From the human T2T-CHM13v2.0 reference genome, Homo sapiens, in the NCBI GenBank assembly GCA_009914755.4, contig CP086569.2, positions 1 through 64,000 of the forward strand: DNA of 64,000 nucleotides. The letters are read 5' to 3'. Positions 24,801 to 39,800 of this stretch are shown one piece after another. The position numbers and the translations under genes are program-made. The notes beneath the pieces are model-generated. The model had not been told where the DNA came from. It made no database searches and saw nothing but the letters and a program-made list of their open reading frames with translations. Each line of letters begins with the position of its first letter. The first letter of the stretch is position 1.

Positions 24801-27800
24801 TGCAAGCTTTAGCGTCTGCACTTGGCCTAGGTCTCATTGAGGACAGATAGAGAGCAGACTGTGCAAACTCTAGAGTCTGCATTGGGCCTAGGTCTCATTG
24901 AGGGCAGATAGAGACCAGACTATGCAACGTTTAGAGTCTGCATTGGGCCTAGGTCTCATTGAGGGCAGTTAGAGAGCAGACTGTGCAACCTTTAGAGTCT
25001 GCATTGGGCCTAGGTCTCATTGAGAGCAGATAGAGAGCACACTGTGCCAACTTTAGAGTCGGCATTGGGCCTAGGTCTCATTGAGGACAGATAGAGACCG
25101 GACTGTGCAACCTTTAGAGTCTGCATTGGGCCTACGTCTCATTGAGGACAGATAGAGAGCAGACTAGGCAACCATTAGAGTCGGCACTGGTCCTAGGTCT
25201 CATTGAGGACAGATATAGAGCAGACTGTGCAACCTTTAGAGTCTGCATTGGGCCTGGGTCTCATTGAGGACAGATAGCGACCAGACTGTGCAACCTTTAG
25301 AGTCTGCATTGGGCTTAGGTCTCATTGAGGGCAGTTAGAGAGCAGACTGTGCAACCTTTAGAGTCTGCATTGGGCCTAGGTCTCATTGAGAGCAGATAGA
25401 GAGCACACTGTGCAACCTCTAGAGTCGGCATTGGGCCTAGGTCTCATTGAGGACAGATAGAGACCAGACTGTTGAAACTTTAGAGTCTGCATTGGGCCTA
25501 GGTCTCATTGAGGACAGATAGAGGGCAGACTGTGCAACCTTTAGAGTCTACAATGGGCCTAGGTATCAGTGAGGACAAATAGAGAGGAGACTGTGCAACC
25601 TTTAGAGTCTGCACTGGCCCTAGGTCTCTTTGAGGACAGACAGAGAGCAGAATGTGCAAACTTTAGAGTCTGCACTGGGCCTAGGTCTCATTGAGGACAG
25701 ATAGAGACCAGACTGTGCAACCTTTAGAGTCTGCATTGGGCCTAGGTCTCCTTGAGGTCAGACAGACAGCAGACTCTGCAACCTTTAGAGTCTGCATTGG
25801 GCCTAGGTCTAATTGCGGACAGATAGACAGCAGACTGTGCAACGTTTAGAGTCTGCATTGGGCCTAGGTCTAATTGCGGACAGATAGAGAGCAGACTATG
25901 CAACGTTTAGAGTCTGCATTGGGCCTGGGTCTCATTGAGGACAGATAGAGAGCAGACTGTGCAACCTTTAGGGTCTCTATTGGGCCTAGGTCTCATTGAG
26001 GACAGATAGGGAGCGGACTGTGCAACCTTTAGAGTCTGCATTGGGCCTAGGTCTCATTGAGGGCAGATAGAGAGCAGGCTCGGCAACCCTTAGAGTCTGC
26101 ATTGGGCCTAGATATCATTGAGGACAGATAGAGAGCATGCTATGCAACCTTTAGAGTCTGCACTGGGCCTAGGTCTCATTGAGGACACATAGAGAGCAGA
26201 CTGTGCAACCTTTAGAGTCTGCATTGGGCCTATGTCTCATTGAGGACAGTTAGAGAGCAGACTGTGCAACCTTTAGAGTCTGCATTTGGCCTAGGTCTCA
26301 TTGAGGACAGAAAGAGACCAGAGTGTGCAAACTTTAGAGTCTGCATTGGGCCTAGGTCTCATTGAGGACAGATAGAGAGCAGACTGTAGAACCTTTATAG
26401 TCTGCATTGGGCCTAGGTCTCATTGAGGTCAGATAGAGAGCAGACTGTGCAAGCTTTAGAGTCTGCACTTGTCCTAGGTCTCATTGAGGACAGATAGAGA
26501 ACAGACTGTGCAACCTTTAGAGTCTGCATTGGGCCTAGGTCTCATTGAGGGCAGTTAGAGAGCAGACTGTGCAAACTTTAGAGTCTGCATTGGGCCTAGG
26601 TCTCATTGAGAGCAGATAGAGAGCACACTGTGCAAACTCTAGAGTCGGCATTGGGCCTAGGTCTCATTGAGGACAGATAGAGACCAGACTGTGCAAACTT
26701 TAGAGTCTGCATTGGGCCTAGGTCTCATTGAGGACAGATAGAGGGCAGACTGTGCAACCTTTAGAGTCTGCATTGGGCCTAGGTCTCATTGAGGACAGAT
26801 AGAGAGCAGACTTTGCAAACTTTAGAGTCTGCACTGGGCCTAGGTCTCATTGAGGGCATATAGAGACCATACTGTGCAAACTTTAGAGTCTGCATTGGGT
26901 CTAGGTCTCACTGAGGAGAGATAGAGAGCAGACTTTGCAAACTTCAGAGTCTGCATTAGGTCTAGGTCTCACTGAGGACTGATAGAGAGCAGACTATGCA
27001 ACTTTAGAGTCTGCCTGGCCCTAGGTCTCATTGAGGACAGATAGAGAGCAGACTGCGCAAACTTTAGAGTCTGCATTGGGCCTAGGTCTCACTGAGGACA
27101 GATAGAGAGCACACTGTGTAACCTTTAGAGTTTGCAAAGGGCCTCGGTCTCATTGAGGACCGATAGAGAGCAGACTGTGCAACCTTTAGAGTCTGCATTG
27201 GGCCTGGGTCTCATTGAGGAAAAACAGAGAGCAGACTGTGCAACCTTTAGAGTCTGCATTGGGCCTAGGTCTCATTGAGGGCAGATAGAGAGCAGACTGT
27301 GCAACCTTTAGAGTCTGCACTAGGGCTAGGTCTCATCGAGGACAGATAGAGAGCAGACTGTGCAACATTTAGAGTCTGCATTGGACCTAGGTCTCACTGA
27401 GGACAGATAGAGAGCAGACTATGCAAACTTTACAGTCTGCACTGGGCCTAGGTCTCATTGAGGACAGATAGAGAGCAGACTGTGCAACCTTTACAGTCTG
27501 CATTGGGCCTGGGTCTCATTCAGGAGAGATAGAGACCAGAATGTGCAACCTTTAGAGTTTGCATTGGGCCTAGGTCTCTTGAGAGCAGATAGAGAGCAGA
27601 CTGTGCAACCTTTACAGTCTGCATTGGGCCTAGGTCTCATTGAGGGCCGATAGAGAGCAGACTGTGGAAACTTTAGAGTCTGCACTGGGCCTAGGTCTGA
27701 TTGAGGACACATAGAGAGCAGACTGTGCAACCTTTAGAGTCTGCATTTGGCCTAGGTCTCATTGAGGACAGATGGAGAGCACACTGTGCAACCTTTAGAG

Positions 27801-30800
27801 TCCGCATTGGGCCTAGGTCTCATTGAGGACAGATAGAGACCAGACTGTGCAACCTTTAGAGTTTGCATTGGGCCTAGGTCTCATTGAGGGCAGATAGAGA
27901 GCAGACTGTGCAACCTTTAGAGTCTGCATTGGGCCTAGGTCTCATTGAGGACCGATAGAGAGCAGACTGTGCAACCTTTAGACTCTGCATTGGGCCTGGG
28001 TCTCATTGAGGACAAATAGAGAACAGACTGTGCAACCTTTAGAGTCTGCATTGGGCCTAGGTATCAGTGAGGACAGATAGAGAGGAGACTGTGCAACCTT
28101 TAGAGTCTGCACTGGGCCTAGGTCTCTTTGAGGACAGACAGAGAGCAGACTGTGCAAACTTTAGAGTCTGCACTGGGCCTAGGTGTCATTGAGGACAGAT
28201 AGAGACCAGACTGTGCAACCTTTAGAGTCTGCATTGGGCCTAGGTCTCCTTGAGGTCAGATAGACAGCAGAATCTGCAACCTTTAGAGTCTGCATTGGGC
28301 CTAGGTCTAATTGCGGACAGATAGACAGCAGACTGTGCAACGTTTAGAGTCTGCATTGGGCCTAGGTCTAATTGCGGACAGATAGAGAGCAGACTATGCA
28401 ACGTTTAGAGTCTGCATTGGGCCTGGGTCTCATTGAGGACAGATAGAGAGCAGACTGTGCAACCTTTAGAGTCTCTATTGGGCCTAGGTCTCATTGAGGA
28501 CAGATAGGGAGAGGACTGTGCAACCTTTAGAGTCTGCATTGGGCCTAGGTCTCATTGAGGGCAGATAGAGAGCAGGCTCGGGAACCCTTAGAGTCTGCAT
28601 TGGGCCTAGATCTCATTGAGGACAGATAGAGAGCATACTATGCAACCTTTAGAGTCTGCACTGGGCCTAGGTCTCATTGAGGACACATAGAGAGCAGACT
28701 GTGCAACCTTTAGAGTCTGCATTGGGCCTATGTCTCATTGAGGACAGTTAGAGAGCAGGCTGTGCAACCTTTACAGTCTGCATTTGGCCTAGGTCTCATT
28801 GAGGACAGAAAGAGACCAGAGTGCGCAAACTTTAGAGTCTGCATTGGGCCTAGGTCTCATTGAGGACAGATAGAGAGCAGACTGTAGAACCTTTATAGTC
28901 TGCATTGGGCCTAGGTCTCATTGAGGTCAGATAGAGAGCAGACTGTGCAAGCTTTAGAGTCTGCACTTGGCCTAGGTCTCATTGAGGACAGATAGAGAAC
29001 AGACTGTGCAACCTTTAGAGTCTGCATTGGGCCTAGGTCTCATTGAGGGCAGTTAGAGAGCAGACTGTGCAACCTTTAGAGTCTGCATTGGGCCTAGGTC
29101 TCATTGAGAGCAGATAGAGAGCACACTGTGCAACCTCTAGAGTCGGCATTGGGCCTAGGTCTCATTGAGGACAGATAGAGACTAGACTGTGCAAACTTTA
29201 GAGTCTGCATTGGGCCTAGGTCTCATTGAGGACAGATAGAGGGCAGACTGTGCAACCTTTAGAGTCTGCATTGAGCCTAGGTCTCATTGAGGACAGATAG
29301 AGAGCAGACTGTGCAACCTTTCGAGTCTGCACTGGGCCTAGGTCTCATTGAGGGCATATAGAGACCATACTGTGCAAACTTTAGAGTCTGCATTGGGTCT
29401 AGGTCTCACTGAGGAGAGATAGAGAGCAGACTTTGCAAACTTTAGAGTCTGCATTAGGTCTAGGTCTCACTGAGGACTGATAGAGAGCAGACTATGCAAC
29501 TTTAGAGTCTGCACTGGCCCTAGGTCTCATTGAGGACAGATAGAGAGCAGACTGCGCAAACTTTAGAGTCTGCATTGGGTCTAGGTCTCATTGAGGACAG
29601 ATAGAGAGCACACTGTGTAACCTTTAGAGTCTGCATAGAGCCTCGGTCTCATTGAGGACCGATAGAGAGCAGACTGAGCAACCTTTAGAATCTGCATTGG
29701 GCCTAGGTCTCATTGAGGGCAGGTAGAGAGCCGACTGTGCAACCTTTAGAGTCTGCATTGGGCCAAGGTCTCATTGAGGTCAGATAGAGAGCACACTGTG
29801 CAACCTTTAGAGACTGCATTGAGCCTGGGTCTCATTGAGGACAGATAGAGAGCAGACTGTGCAACCTTTAGAGTCTGCATTGGGCCTAGGTCTCATTGAG
29901 GGCACATAGAGAGCAGACTGCACAACCTTTAGAGTCTGCATTGGGCCTACGTCTCATTGAGGGCAGATAGAGAACAGACGGTGCAACCTTTACAGTCTGC
30001 ATTGGGCCTAGGTCTCAATGAGGGCAGGTAGAGAGCCGACTGTACAACCTTTAGAGTCTGCATTGGGCCTAGGTCTCATTGAGGGCAGATAGAGAGCAGA
30101 CGGTGCAACCTTTAGAGTCTGCATTGGGCCTAGGTCTCATTGAGGACAGATAGAGAGCAGACTGTGCAAACTTTAGAGACTGCATTGAGCCTGAGTCTCA
30201 TTGAGGACAGATAGAGAGCAGACTGTGCAACCATTAGAGTCTGCATTGGGCCTAGGTCTCATTGAGGGCACATAGAGAGCAGACTGTGCAACCTTTAGAG
30301 TCTGCATTGGGCCTAGGTCTCATTGAGGACAGATAGAGAGCAGACTGTGCAACCTTTAGAGTCTGCATTGGGTCTAGGGCTCATTGAGGGCAGACAGAGA
30401 GCAGACTGTGCAAACTTTAGAGTCTGCATTGGGCCTAGGTCTCATTGAAGACAGATAGAGAGCAGACTGTGCAACCTTTAGAGTCCGAATTGGGCCTCGG
30501 TCTCATTGAGGACCGATGGAGAGCAGACTGTGCAACCTTTAGAGTCTGCATTGGGCCTGGGTCTCACTGAGGACAAATAGAGAGCAGACTGTGCAACCTT
30601 TAGGGACTGCATTGGACCTAGGTCTCATTGAGGACAGATAGAGAGCAGACTAGGCAACCTTTAGAGTCGGCACTGGGCCTAGGTCTCATTGAGGACACAT
30701 ATAGAGCAGACTGTGCAACCTTTACAGTCTGCATTGGGCCTGGGTCTCATTGAGGACAGATAGAGACCAGACTGTGCAACCTTTAGAGTCTGCATTGGGC

Positions 30801-33800
30801 CTAGGTCTCATTGAGGGCAGATAGAGAGCAGACTGTGCAACCTTTAGAGTCTGCACTGGGCCTAGGTCTCATTGAGGACAGATAGAGAGCAGACTGTGCA
30901 ACCTTTAGAGTCTGCATTGGGCCTAGGTCTCATTGAGAGCAGATAGAGAGCATACTGTGCAACCTTTAGAGTCGGCATTGGGCCTAGGTCTCATTGAGGA
31001 CAGATAGAGACCAGACTGTGCAACCTTTAGAGTCTGCATTGGGCCTAGGTCTCATTGAGGACAGATAGAGAGCAGACTAGGCAACCATTAGAGTCGGCAC
31101 TGGTCCTAGGTCTCATTGAGGACAGATATAGAGCAGACTGTGCAACCTTTAGAGTCTGCATTGTGCCTGGGTCTCATTGAGGACAGATAGAGAGCAGACT
31201 GTGCAACCTTTAGAGTCTGCACTGGGCCTAGGTCTCATTGAGGACAGATAGAGAGCAGACTGTGCAACCTCTAGAGTCTGCATTGGGCCTAGGTCTCATT
31301 GAGGGCATTTAGAGAGCAGACTGCGCAACCTTTAGAGTCTGCATTGGGCCTAGGTCTCATTGAGAGCAGATAGAGAGCACACTGTGCAACCTCTAGAGTC
31401 GGCATTGGGCCTAGGTCTCATTGAGGACAGATAGAGACCAGACTGTGCAAACTTTAGAGTCTGCATTGGGCCTAGGTCTCATTGAGGACAGATAGAGGGC
31501 AGACTGTGCAACCTTTAGAGTCTGCATTGGGCCTAGGTCTCATTATGGACCGATACAGAGCAGACTGTGCAACCTTTAGAGTCTGCACTGGGCCTAGGTC
31601 TCATTGAGAGCAGATAGAGAGCACACTGTGCAAACTTTAGAGTCGGCATTGGGCCTAGGTCTCATTGAGGACAGATAGAGACCGGACTGTGCAACCTTTA
31701 GAGTCTGCATTGGGCCTACGTCTCATTGAGGACAGATAGAGAGCAGACTAGGCAACCATTAGAGTCGGCACTGGTCCTAGGTCTCATTGAGGACAGATAT
31801 AGAGCAGACTGTGCAACCTTTAGAGTCTGCATTGGGCCTGGGTCTCATTGAGGACAGATAGCGACCAGACTGTGCAACCTTTAGAGTCTGCATTGGGCTT
31901 AGGTCTCATTGAGGGCAGTTAGAGAGCAGACTGTGCAACCTTTAGAGTCTGCATTGGGCCTAGGTCTCATTGAGAGCAGATAGAGAGCACACTGTGCAAC
32001 CTCTAGAGTCGGCATTGGGCCTAGGTCTCATTGAGGACAGATAGAGACCAGACTGTTGAAACTTTAGAGTCTGCATTGGGCCTAGGTCTCATTGAGGACA
32101 GATAGAGGGCAGACTGTGCAACCTTTAGAGTCTACAATGGGCCTAGGTATCAGTGAGGACAAATAGAGAGGAGACTGTGCAACCTTTAGAGTCTGCACTG
32201 GCCCTAGGTCTCTTTGAGGACAGACAGAGAGCAGAATGTGCAAACTTTAGAGTCTGCACTGGGCCTAGGTGTCATTGAGGACAGATAGAGACCAGACTGT
32301 GCAACCTTTAGAGTCTGCATTGGGCCTAGGTCTCCTTGAGGTCAGACAGACAGCAGACTCTGCAACCTTTAGAGTCTGCATTGGGCCTAGGTCTAATTGC
32401 GGACAGATAGACAGCAGACTGTGCAACGTTTAGAGTCTGCATTGGGCCTAGGTCTAATTGCGGACAGATAGAGAGCAGACTATGCAACGTTTAGAGTCTG
32501 CATTGGGCCTGGGTCTCATTGAGGACAGATAGAGAGCAGACTGTGCAACCTTTAGGGTCTCTATTGGGCCTAGGTCTCATTGAGGACAGATAGGGAGCGG
32601 ACTGTGCAACCTTTAGAGTCTGCATTGGGCCTAGGTCTCATTGAGGGCAGATAGAGAGCAGGCTCGGCAACCCTTAGAGTCTGCATTGGGCCTAGATATC
32701 ATTGAGGACAGATAGAGAGCATGCTATGCAACCTTTAGAGTCTGCACTGGGCCTAGGTCTCATTGAGGACACATAGAGAGCAGACTGTGCAACCTTTAGA
32801 GTCTGCATTGGGCCTATGTCTCATTGAGGACAGTTAGAGAGCAGACTGTGCAACCTTTAGAGTCTGCATTTGGCCTAGGTCTCATTGAGGACAGAAAGAG
32901 ACCAGAGTGTGCAAACTTTAGAGTCTGCATTGGGCCTAGGTCTCATTGAGGACAGATAGAGAGCAGACTGTAGAACCTTTATAGTCTGCATTGGGCCTAG
33001 GTCTCATTGAGGTCAGATAGAGAGCAGACTGTGCAAGCTTTAGAGTCTGCACTTGTCCTAGGTCTCATTGAGGACAGATAGAGAACAGACTGTGCAACCT
33101 TTAGAGTCTGCATTGGGCCTAGGTCTCATTGAGGGCAGTTAGAGAGCAGACTGTGCAAACTTTAGAGTCTGCATTGGGCCTAGGTCTCATTGAGAGCAGA
33201 TAGAGAGCACACTGTGCAAACTCTAGAGTCGGCATTGGGCCTAGGTCTCATTGAGGACAGATAGAGACCAGACTGTGCAAACTTTAGAGTCTGCATTGGG
33301 CCTAGGTCTCATTGAGGACAGATAGAGGGCAGACTGTGCAACCTTTAGAGTCTGCATTGGGCCTAGGTCTCATTGAGGACAGATAGAGAGCAGACTTTGC
33401 AAACTTTAGAGTCTGCACTGGGCCTAGGTCTCATTGAGGGCATATAGAGACCATACTGTGCAAACTTTAGAGTCTGCATTGGGTCTAGGTCTCACTGAGG
33501 AGAGATAGAGAGCAGACTTTGCAAACTTCAGAGTCTGCATTAGGTCTAGGTCTCACTGAGGACTGATAGAGAGCAGACTATGCAACTTTAGAGTCTGCCT
33601 GGCCCTAGGTCTCATTGAGGACAGATAGAGAGCAGACTGCGCAAACTTTAGAGTCTGCATTGGGCCTAGGTCTCACTGAGGACAGATAGAGAGCACACTG
33701 TGTAACCTTTAGAGTTTGCATAGGGCCTCGGTCTCATTGAGGACCGATAGAGAGCAGACTGTGCAACCTTTAGAGTCTGCATTGGGCCTGGGTCTCATTG

Positions 33801-36800
33801 AGGAAAAATGGAGAGCCGACTGTGCAACCTTTAGAGTCTGCATTGGGCCTAGGTCTCATTGAGGGCAGATAGAGAGCAGACTGTGCAACCTTTAGAGTCT
33901 GCACTAGGGCTAGGTCTCATCGAGGACAGATAGAGAGCAGACTGTGCAACATTTAGAGTCTGCATTGGACCTAGGTCTCACTGAGGACAGATAGAGAGCA
34001 GACTATGCAAACTTTACAGTCTGCACTGGGCCTAGGTCTCATTGAGGACAGATAGAGAGCAGACTGTGCAACCTTTACAGTCTGCATTGGGCCTGGGTCT
34101 CATTCAGGAGAGATAGAGACCAGAATGTGCAACCTTTAGAGTTTGCATTGGGCCTAGGTCTCTTGAGAGCAGATAGAGAGCAGACTGTGCAACCTTTACA
34201 GTCTGCATTGGGCCTAGGTCTCATTGAGGGCCGATAGAGAGCAGACTGTGCAAACTTTAGAGTCTGCACTGGGCCTAGGTCTGATTGAGGACACATAGAG
34301 AGCAGACTGTGCAACCTTTAGAGTCTGCATTTGGCCTAGGTCTCATTGAGGACAGATGGAGAGCACACTGTGCAACCTTTAGAGTCCGCATTGGGCCTAG
34401 GTCTCATTGAGGACAGATAGAGACCAGACTGTGCAACCTTTAGAGTTTGCATTGGGCCTAGGTCTCATTGAGGGCAGATAGAGAGCAGACTGTGCAACCT
34501 TTAGAGTCTGCATTGGGCCTAGGTCTCATTGAGGACCGATAGAGAGCAGACTGTGCAACCTTTAGACTCTGCATTGGGCCTGGGTCTCATTGAGGACAAA
34601 TAGAGAACAGACTGTGCAACCTTTAGAGTCTGCATTGGGCCTAGGTATCAGTGAGGACAGATAGAGAGGAGACTGTGCAACCTTTAGAGTCTGCACTGGG
34701 CCTAGGTCTCTTTGAGGACAGACAGAGAGCAGACTGTGCAAACTTTAGAGTCTGCACTGGGCCTAGGTGTCATTGAGGACAGATAGAGACCAGACTGTGC
34801 AACCTTTAGAGTCTGCATTGGGCCTAGGTCTCCTTGAGGTCAGATAGACAGCAGAATCTGCAACCTTTAGAGTCTGCATTGGGCCTAGGTCTAATTGCGG
34901 ACAGATAGACAGCAGACTGTGCAACGTTTAGAGTCTGCATTGGGCCTAGGTCTAATTGCGGACAGATAGAGAGCAGACTATGCAACGTTTAGAGTCTGCA
35001 TTGGGCCTGGGTCTCATTGAGGACAGATAGAGAGCAGACTGTGCAACCTTTAGAGTCTCTATTGGGCCTAGGTCTCATTGAGGACAGATAGGGAGAGGAC
35101 TGTGCAACCTTTAGAGTCTGCATTGGGCCTAGGTCTCATTGAGGGCAGATAGAGAGCAGGCTCGGGAACCCTTAGAGTCTGCATTGGGCCTAGATCTCAT
35201 TGAGGACAGATAGAGAGCATACTATGCAACCTTTAGAGTCTGCACTGGGCCTAGGTCTCATTGAGGACACATAGAGAGCAGACTGTGCAACCTTTAGAGT
35301 CTGCATTGGGCCTATGTCTCATTGAGGACAGTTAGAGAGCAGGCTGTGCAACCTTTACAGTCTGCATTTGGCCTAGGTCTCATTGAGGACAGAAAGAGAC
35401 CAGAGTGCGCAAACTTTAGAGTCTGCATTGGGCCTAGGTCTCATTGAGGACAGATAGAGAGCAGACTGTAGAACCTTTATAGTCTGCATTGGGCCTAGGT
35501 CTCTTTGAGGTCAGATAGAGAGCAGACTGTGCAAGCTTTAGAGTCTGCACTTTGCCTAGGTCTCATTGAGGACAGATAGAGAACAGACTGTGCAACCTTT
35601 AGAGTCTGCATTGGGCCTAGGTCTCATTGAGGGCAGTTAGAGAGCAGACTGTGCAACCTTTAGAGTCTGCATTGGGCCTAGGTCTCATTGAGAGCAGATA
35701 GAGAGCACACTGTGCAACCTCTAGAGTCGGCATTGGGCCTAGGTCTCATTGAGGACAGATAGAGACCAGACTGTGCAAACTTTAGAGTCTGCATTGGGCC
35801 TAGGTCTCATTGAGGACAGATAGAGGGCAGACTGTGCAACCTTTAGAGTCTGCATTGAGCCTAGGTCTCATTGAGGACAGATAGAGAGCAGACTGTGCAA
35901 CCTTTCGAGTCTGCACTGGGCCTAGGTCTCATTGAGGGCATATAGAGACCATACTGTGCAAACTTTAGAGTCTGCATTGGGTCTAGGTCTCACTGAGGAG
36001 AGATAGAGAGCAGACTTTGCAAACTTTAGAGTCTGCATTAGGTCTAGGTCTCACTGAGGACTGATAGAGAGCAGACTATGCAACTTTAGAGTCTGCACTG
36101 GCCCTAGGTCTCATTGAGGACAGATAGAGAGCAGACTGCGCAAACTTTAGAGTCTGCATTGGGTCTAGGTCTCATTGAGGACAGATAGAGAGCACACTGT
36201 GTAACCTTTAGAGTCTGCATAGAGCCTCGGTCTCATTGAGGACCGATAGAGAGCAGACTGTGCAACCTTTAGAATCTGCATTGGGCCTAGGTCTCATTGA
36301 GGGCAGGTAGAGAGCCGACTGTGCAACCTTTAGAGTCTGCATTGGGCCAAGGTCTCATTGAGGTCAGATAGAGAGCACACTGTGCAACCTTTAGAGACTG
36401 CATTGAGCCTGGGTCTCATTGAGGACAGATAGAGAGCAGACTGTGCAACCTTTAGAGTCTGCATTGGGCCTAGGTCTCATTGAGGGCACATAGAGAGCAG
36501 ACTGCACAACCTTTAGAGTCTGCATTGGGCCTACGTCTCATTGAGGGCAGATAGAGAACAGACGGTGCAACCTTTACAGTCTGCATTGGGCCTAGGTCTC
36601 AATGAGGGCAGGTAGAGAGCCGACTGTACAACCTTTAGAGTCTGCATTGGGCCTAGGTCTCATTGAGGGCAGATAGAGAGCAGACGGTGCAACCTTTAGA
36701 GTCTGCATTGGGCCTAGGTCTCATTGAGGACAGATAGAGAGCAGACTGTGCAACCTTTAGAGACTGCATTGAGCCTGAGTCTCATTGAGGACAGATAGAG

Positions 36801-39800
36801 AGCAGACTGTGCAACCATTAGAGTCTGCATTGGGCCTAGGTCTCATTGAGGGCACATAGAGAGCAGACTGTGCAACCTTTAGAGTCTGCATTGGGCCTAG
36901 GTCTCATTGAGGACAGATAGAGAGCAGACTGTGCAACCTTTAGAGTCTGCATTGGGTCTAGGGCTCATTGAGGGCAGACAGAGAGCAGACTGTGCAAACT
37001 TTAGAGTCTGCATTGGGCCTAGGTCTCATTGAAGACAGATAGAGAGCAGACTGTGCAACCTTTAGAGTCCGAATTGGGCCTCGGTCTCATTGAGGACCGA
37101 TGGAGAGCAGACTGTGCAACCTTTAGAGTCTGCATTGGGCCTGGGTCTCACTGAGGACAAATAGAGAGCAGACTGTGCAACCTTTAGGGACTGCATTGGA
37201 CCTAGGTCTCATTGAGGACAGATAGAGAGCAGACTAGGCAACCTTTAGAGTCGGCACTGGGCCTAGGTCTCATTGAGGACACATATAGAGCAGACTGTGC
37301 AACCTTTACAGTCTGCATTGGGCCTGGGTCTCATTGAGGACAGATAGAGACCAGACTGTGCAAACTTTAGAGTCTGCATTGGGCCTAGGTCTCATTGAGG
37401 GCAGATAGAGAGCAGACTGTGCAACCTTTAGAGTCTGCACTGGGCCTAGGTCTCATTGAGGACAGATAGAGAGCAGACTGTGCAACCTTTAGAGTCTGCA
37501 TTGGGCCTAGGTCTCATTGAGAGCAGATAGAGAGCATACTGTGCAACCTTTAGAGTCGGCATTGGGCCTAGGTCTCATTCAGGACAGATAGAGAGCAGAC
37601 TAGGCAACCATTAGAGTCGGCACTGGTCCTAGGTCTCATTGAGGACAGATATAGAGCAGACTGTGCAACCTTTAGAGTCTGCATTGTGCCTGGGTCTCAT
37701 TGAGGACAGATAGAGAGCAGAGTGAGCAACCTTTAGAGTCTGCACTGGGCCTAGGTCTCATTGAGGACAGATAGAGAGCAGACTGTGCAACCTCTAGAGT
37801 CTGCATTGGGCCTAGGTCTCATTGAGGGCATTTAGAGAGCAGACTGCGCAACCTTTAGAGTCTGCATTGGGCCTAGGTCTCATTGAGAGCAGATAGAGAG
37901 CACACTGTGCAACCTCTAGAGTCGGCATTGGGCCTAGGTCTCATTGAGGACAGATAGAGACCAGACTGTGCAAACTTTAGAGTTTGCATTGGACCTAGGT
38001 CTCATTGAGGGCAGATAGAGAGCAAACTGTGCAACCTTTAGAGTCTGCATTGGGCCTAGGTCTCATTGAGGACAGATAGAGAGCAGACTGTGCAACCTTT
38101 AGAGTCTGCACTGGGCCTAGGTCTCTTTGAGGACAGACAGAGAGCAGACTGTGCAAACTTTAGAGTCTGCACTGGGCCTAGGTGTCATTGAGGACAGAAA
38201 GAGACCAGACTGTGCAACCTTTAGAGTCTGCATTGGGCCTAGGTCTCCTTGAGGTCAGATAGACAGCAGACTGTGCAACCTTTAGAGTCTGCATTGGGCC
38301 TAGGTCTAATTGCGGACAGATAGAGAGCAGACTATGCAACGTTTAGAGTCTGCATTGGGCCTGGGTCTCATTCAGGACAGATAGAGAGCAGACTGTGCAA
38401 CCTTTAGAGTCTCTATTGGGCCTAGGTCTCATTGAGGACAGATAGAGAGCGGACTGTGCAACCTTTAGAGTCTGCATTGGGCCTAGGTCTCATTGAGGGC
38501 AGATAGAGAGCAGGCTCGGCAACCCTTAGAGTCTGCATTGGGCCTAGATCTTATTGAGGACAGATAGAGAGCATACTATGCAACCTTTAGAGTCTGCATT
38601 GGGCCTAGGTCTCATTGAGGACACATAGAGAGCAGACTGTGCAACCTTTAGAGTCTGCATTGGGCCTATGTCTCATTGAGGACAGTTAGAGAGCAGACTG
38701 TGCAACCTTTAGAGTCTGCATTTGGCCTAGGTCTCATTGAGGACAGAAACAGACCAGAGTGTGCAACCTTTAGAGTCAGCATTGGGCCTAGGTCTCATTG
38801 AGGACAGATAGAGAGCAGACTGTAGAAACTTTATAGTCTGCATTGGGCCTAGGTCTCATTGAGGTCAGATAGAGAGCAGACGGTGCAAGCTTTAGAGTCT
38901 GCACTTGGCCTAGGTCTCATTGAGGACAGATAGAGAGCAGACTGTGCAAACTCTAGAGTCTGCATTGGGCCTAGGTCTCATTGAGGGCAGATAGAGACCA
39001 GACTATGCAACGTTTAGAGTCTGCATTGGGCCTAGGTCTCATTGAGGGCAGTTAGAGAGCAGACTGTGCAACCTTTAGAGTCTGCATTGGGCCTAGGTCT
39101 CATTGAGAGCAGATAGAGAGCACACTGTGCAAACTTTAGAGTCGGCATTGGGCCTAGGTCTCATTGAGGACAGATAGAGACCGGACTGTGCAACCTTTAG
39201 AGTCTGCATTGGGCCTACGTGTCATTGAGGACAGATAGAGAGCAGACTAGGCAACCATTAGAGTCGGCACTGGTCCTAGGTCTCATTGAGGACAGATATA
39301 GAGCAGACTGTGCAACCTTTAGAGTCTGCATTGGGCCTGGGTCTCATTGAGGACAGATAGCGACCAGACTGTGCAACCTTTAGAGTCTGCATTGGGCTTA
39401 GGTCTCATTGAGGGCAGTTAGAGAGCAGACTGTGCAACCTTTAGAGTCTGCATTGGGCCTAGGTCTCATTGAGAGCAGATAGAGAGCACACTGTGCAACC
39501 TCTAGAGTCGGCATTGGGCCTAGGTCTCATTGAGGACAGATAGAGACCAGACTGTTGAAACTTTAGAGTCTGCATTGGGCCTAGGTCTCATTGAGGACAG
39601 ATAGAGGGCAGACTGTGCAACCTTTAGAGTCTACAATGGGCCTAGGTATCAGTGAGGACAAATAGAGAGGAGACTGTGCAACCTTTAGAGTCTGCACTGG
39701 CCCTAGGTCTCTTTGAGGACAGACAGAGAGCAGAATGTGCAAACTTTAGAGTCTGCACTGGGCCTAGGTGTCATTGAGGACAGATAGAGACCAGACTGTG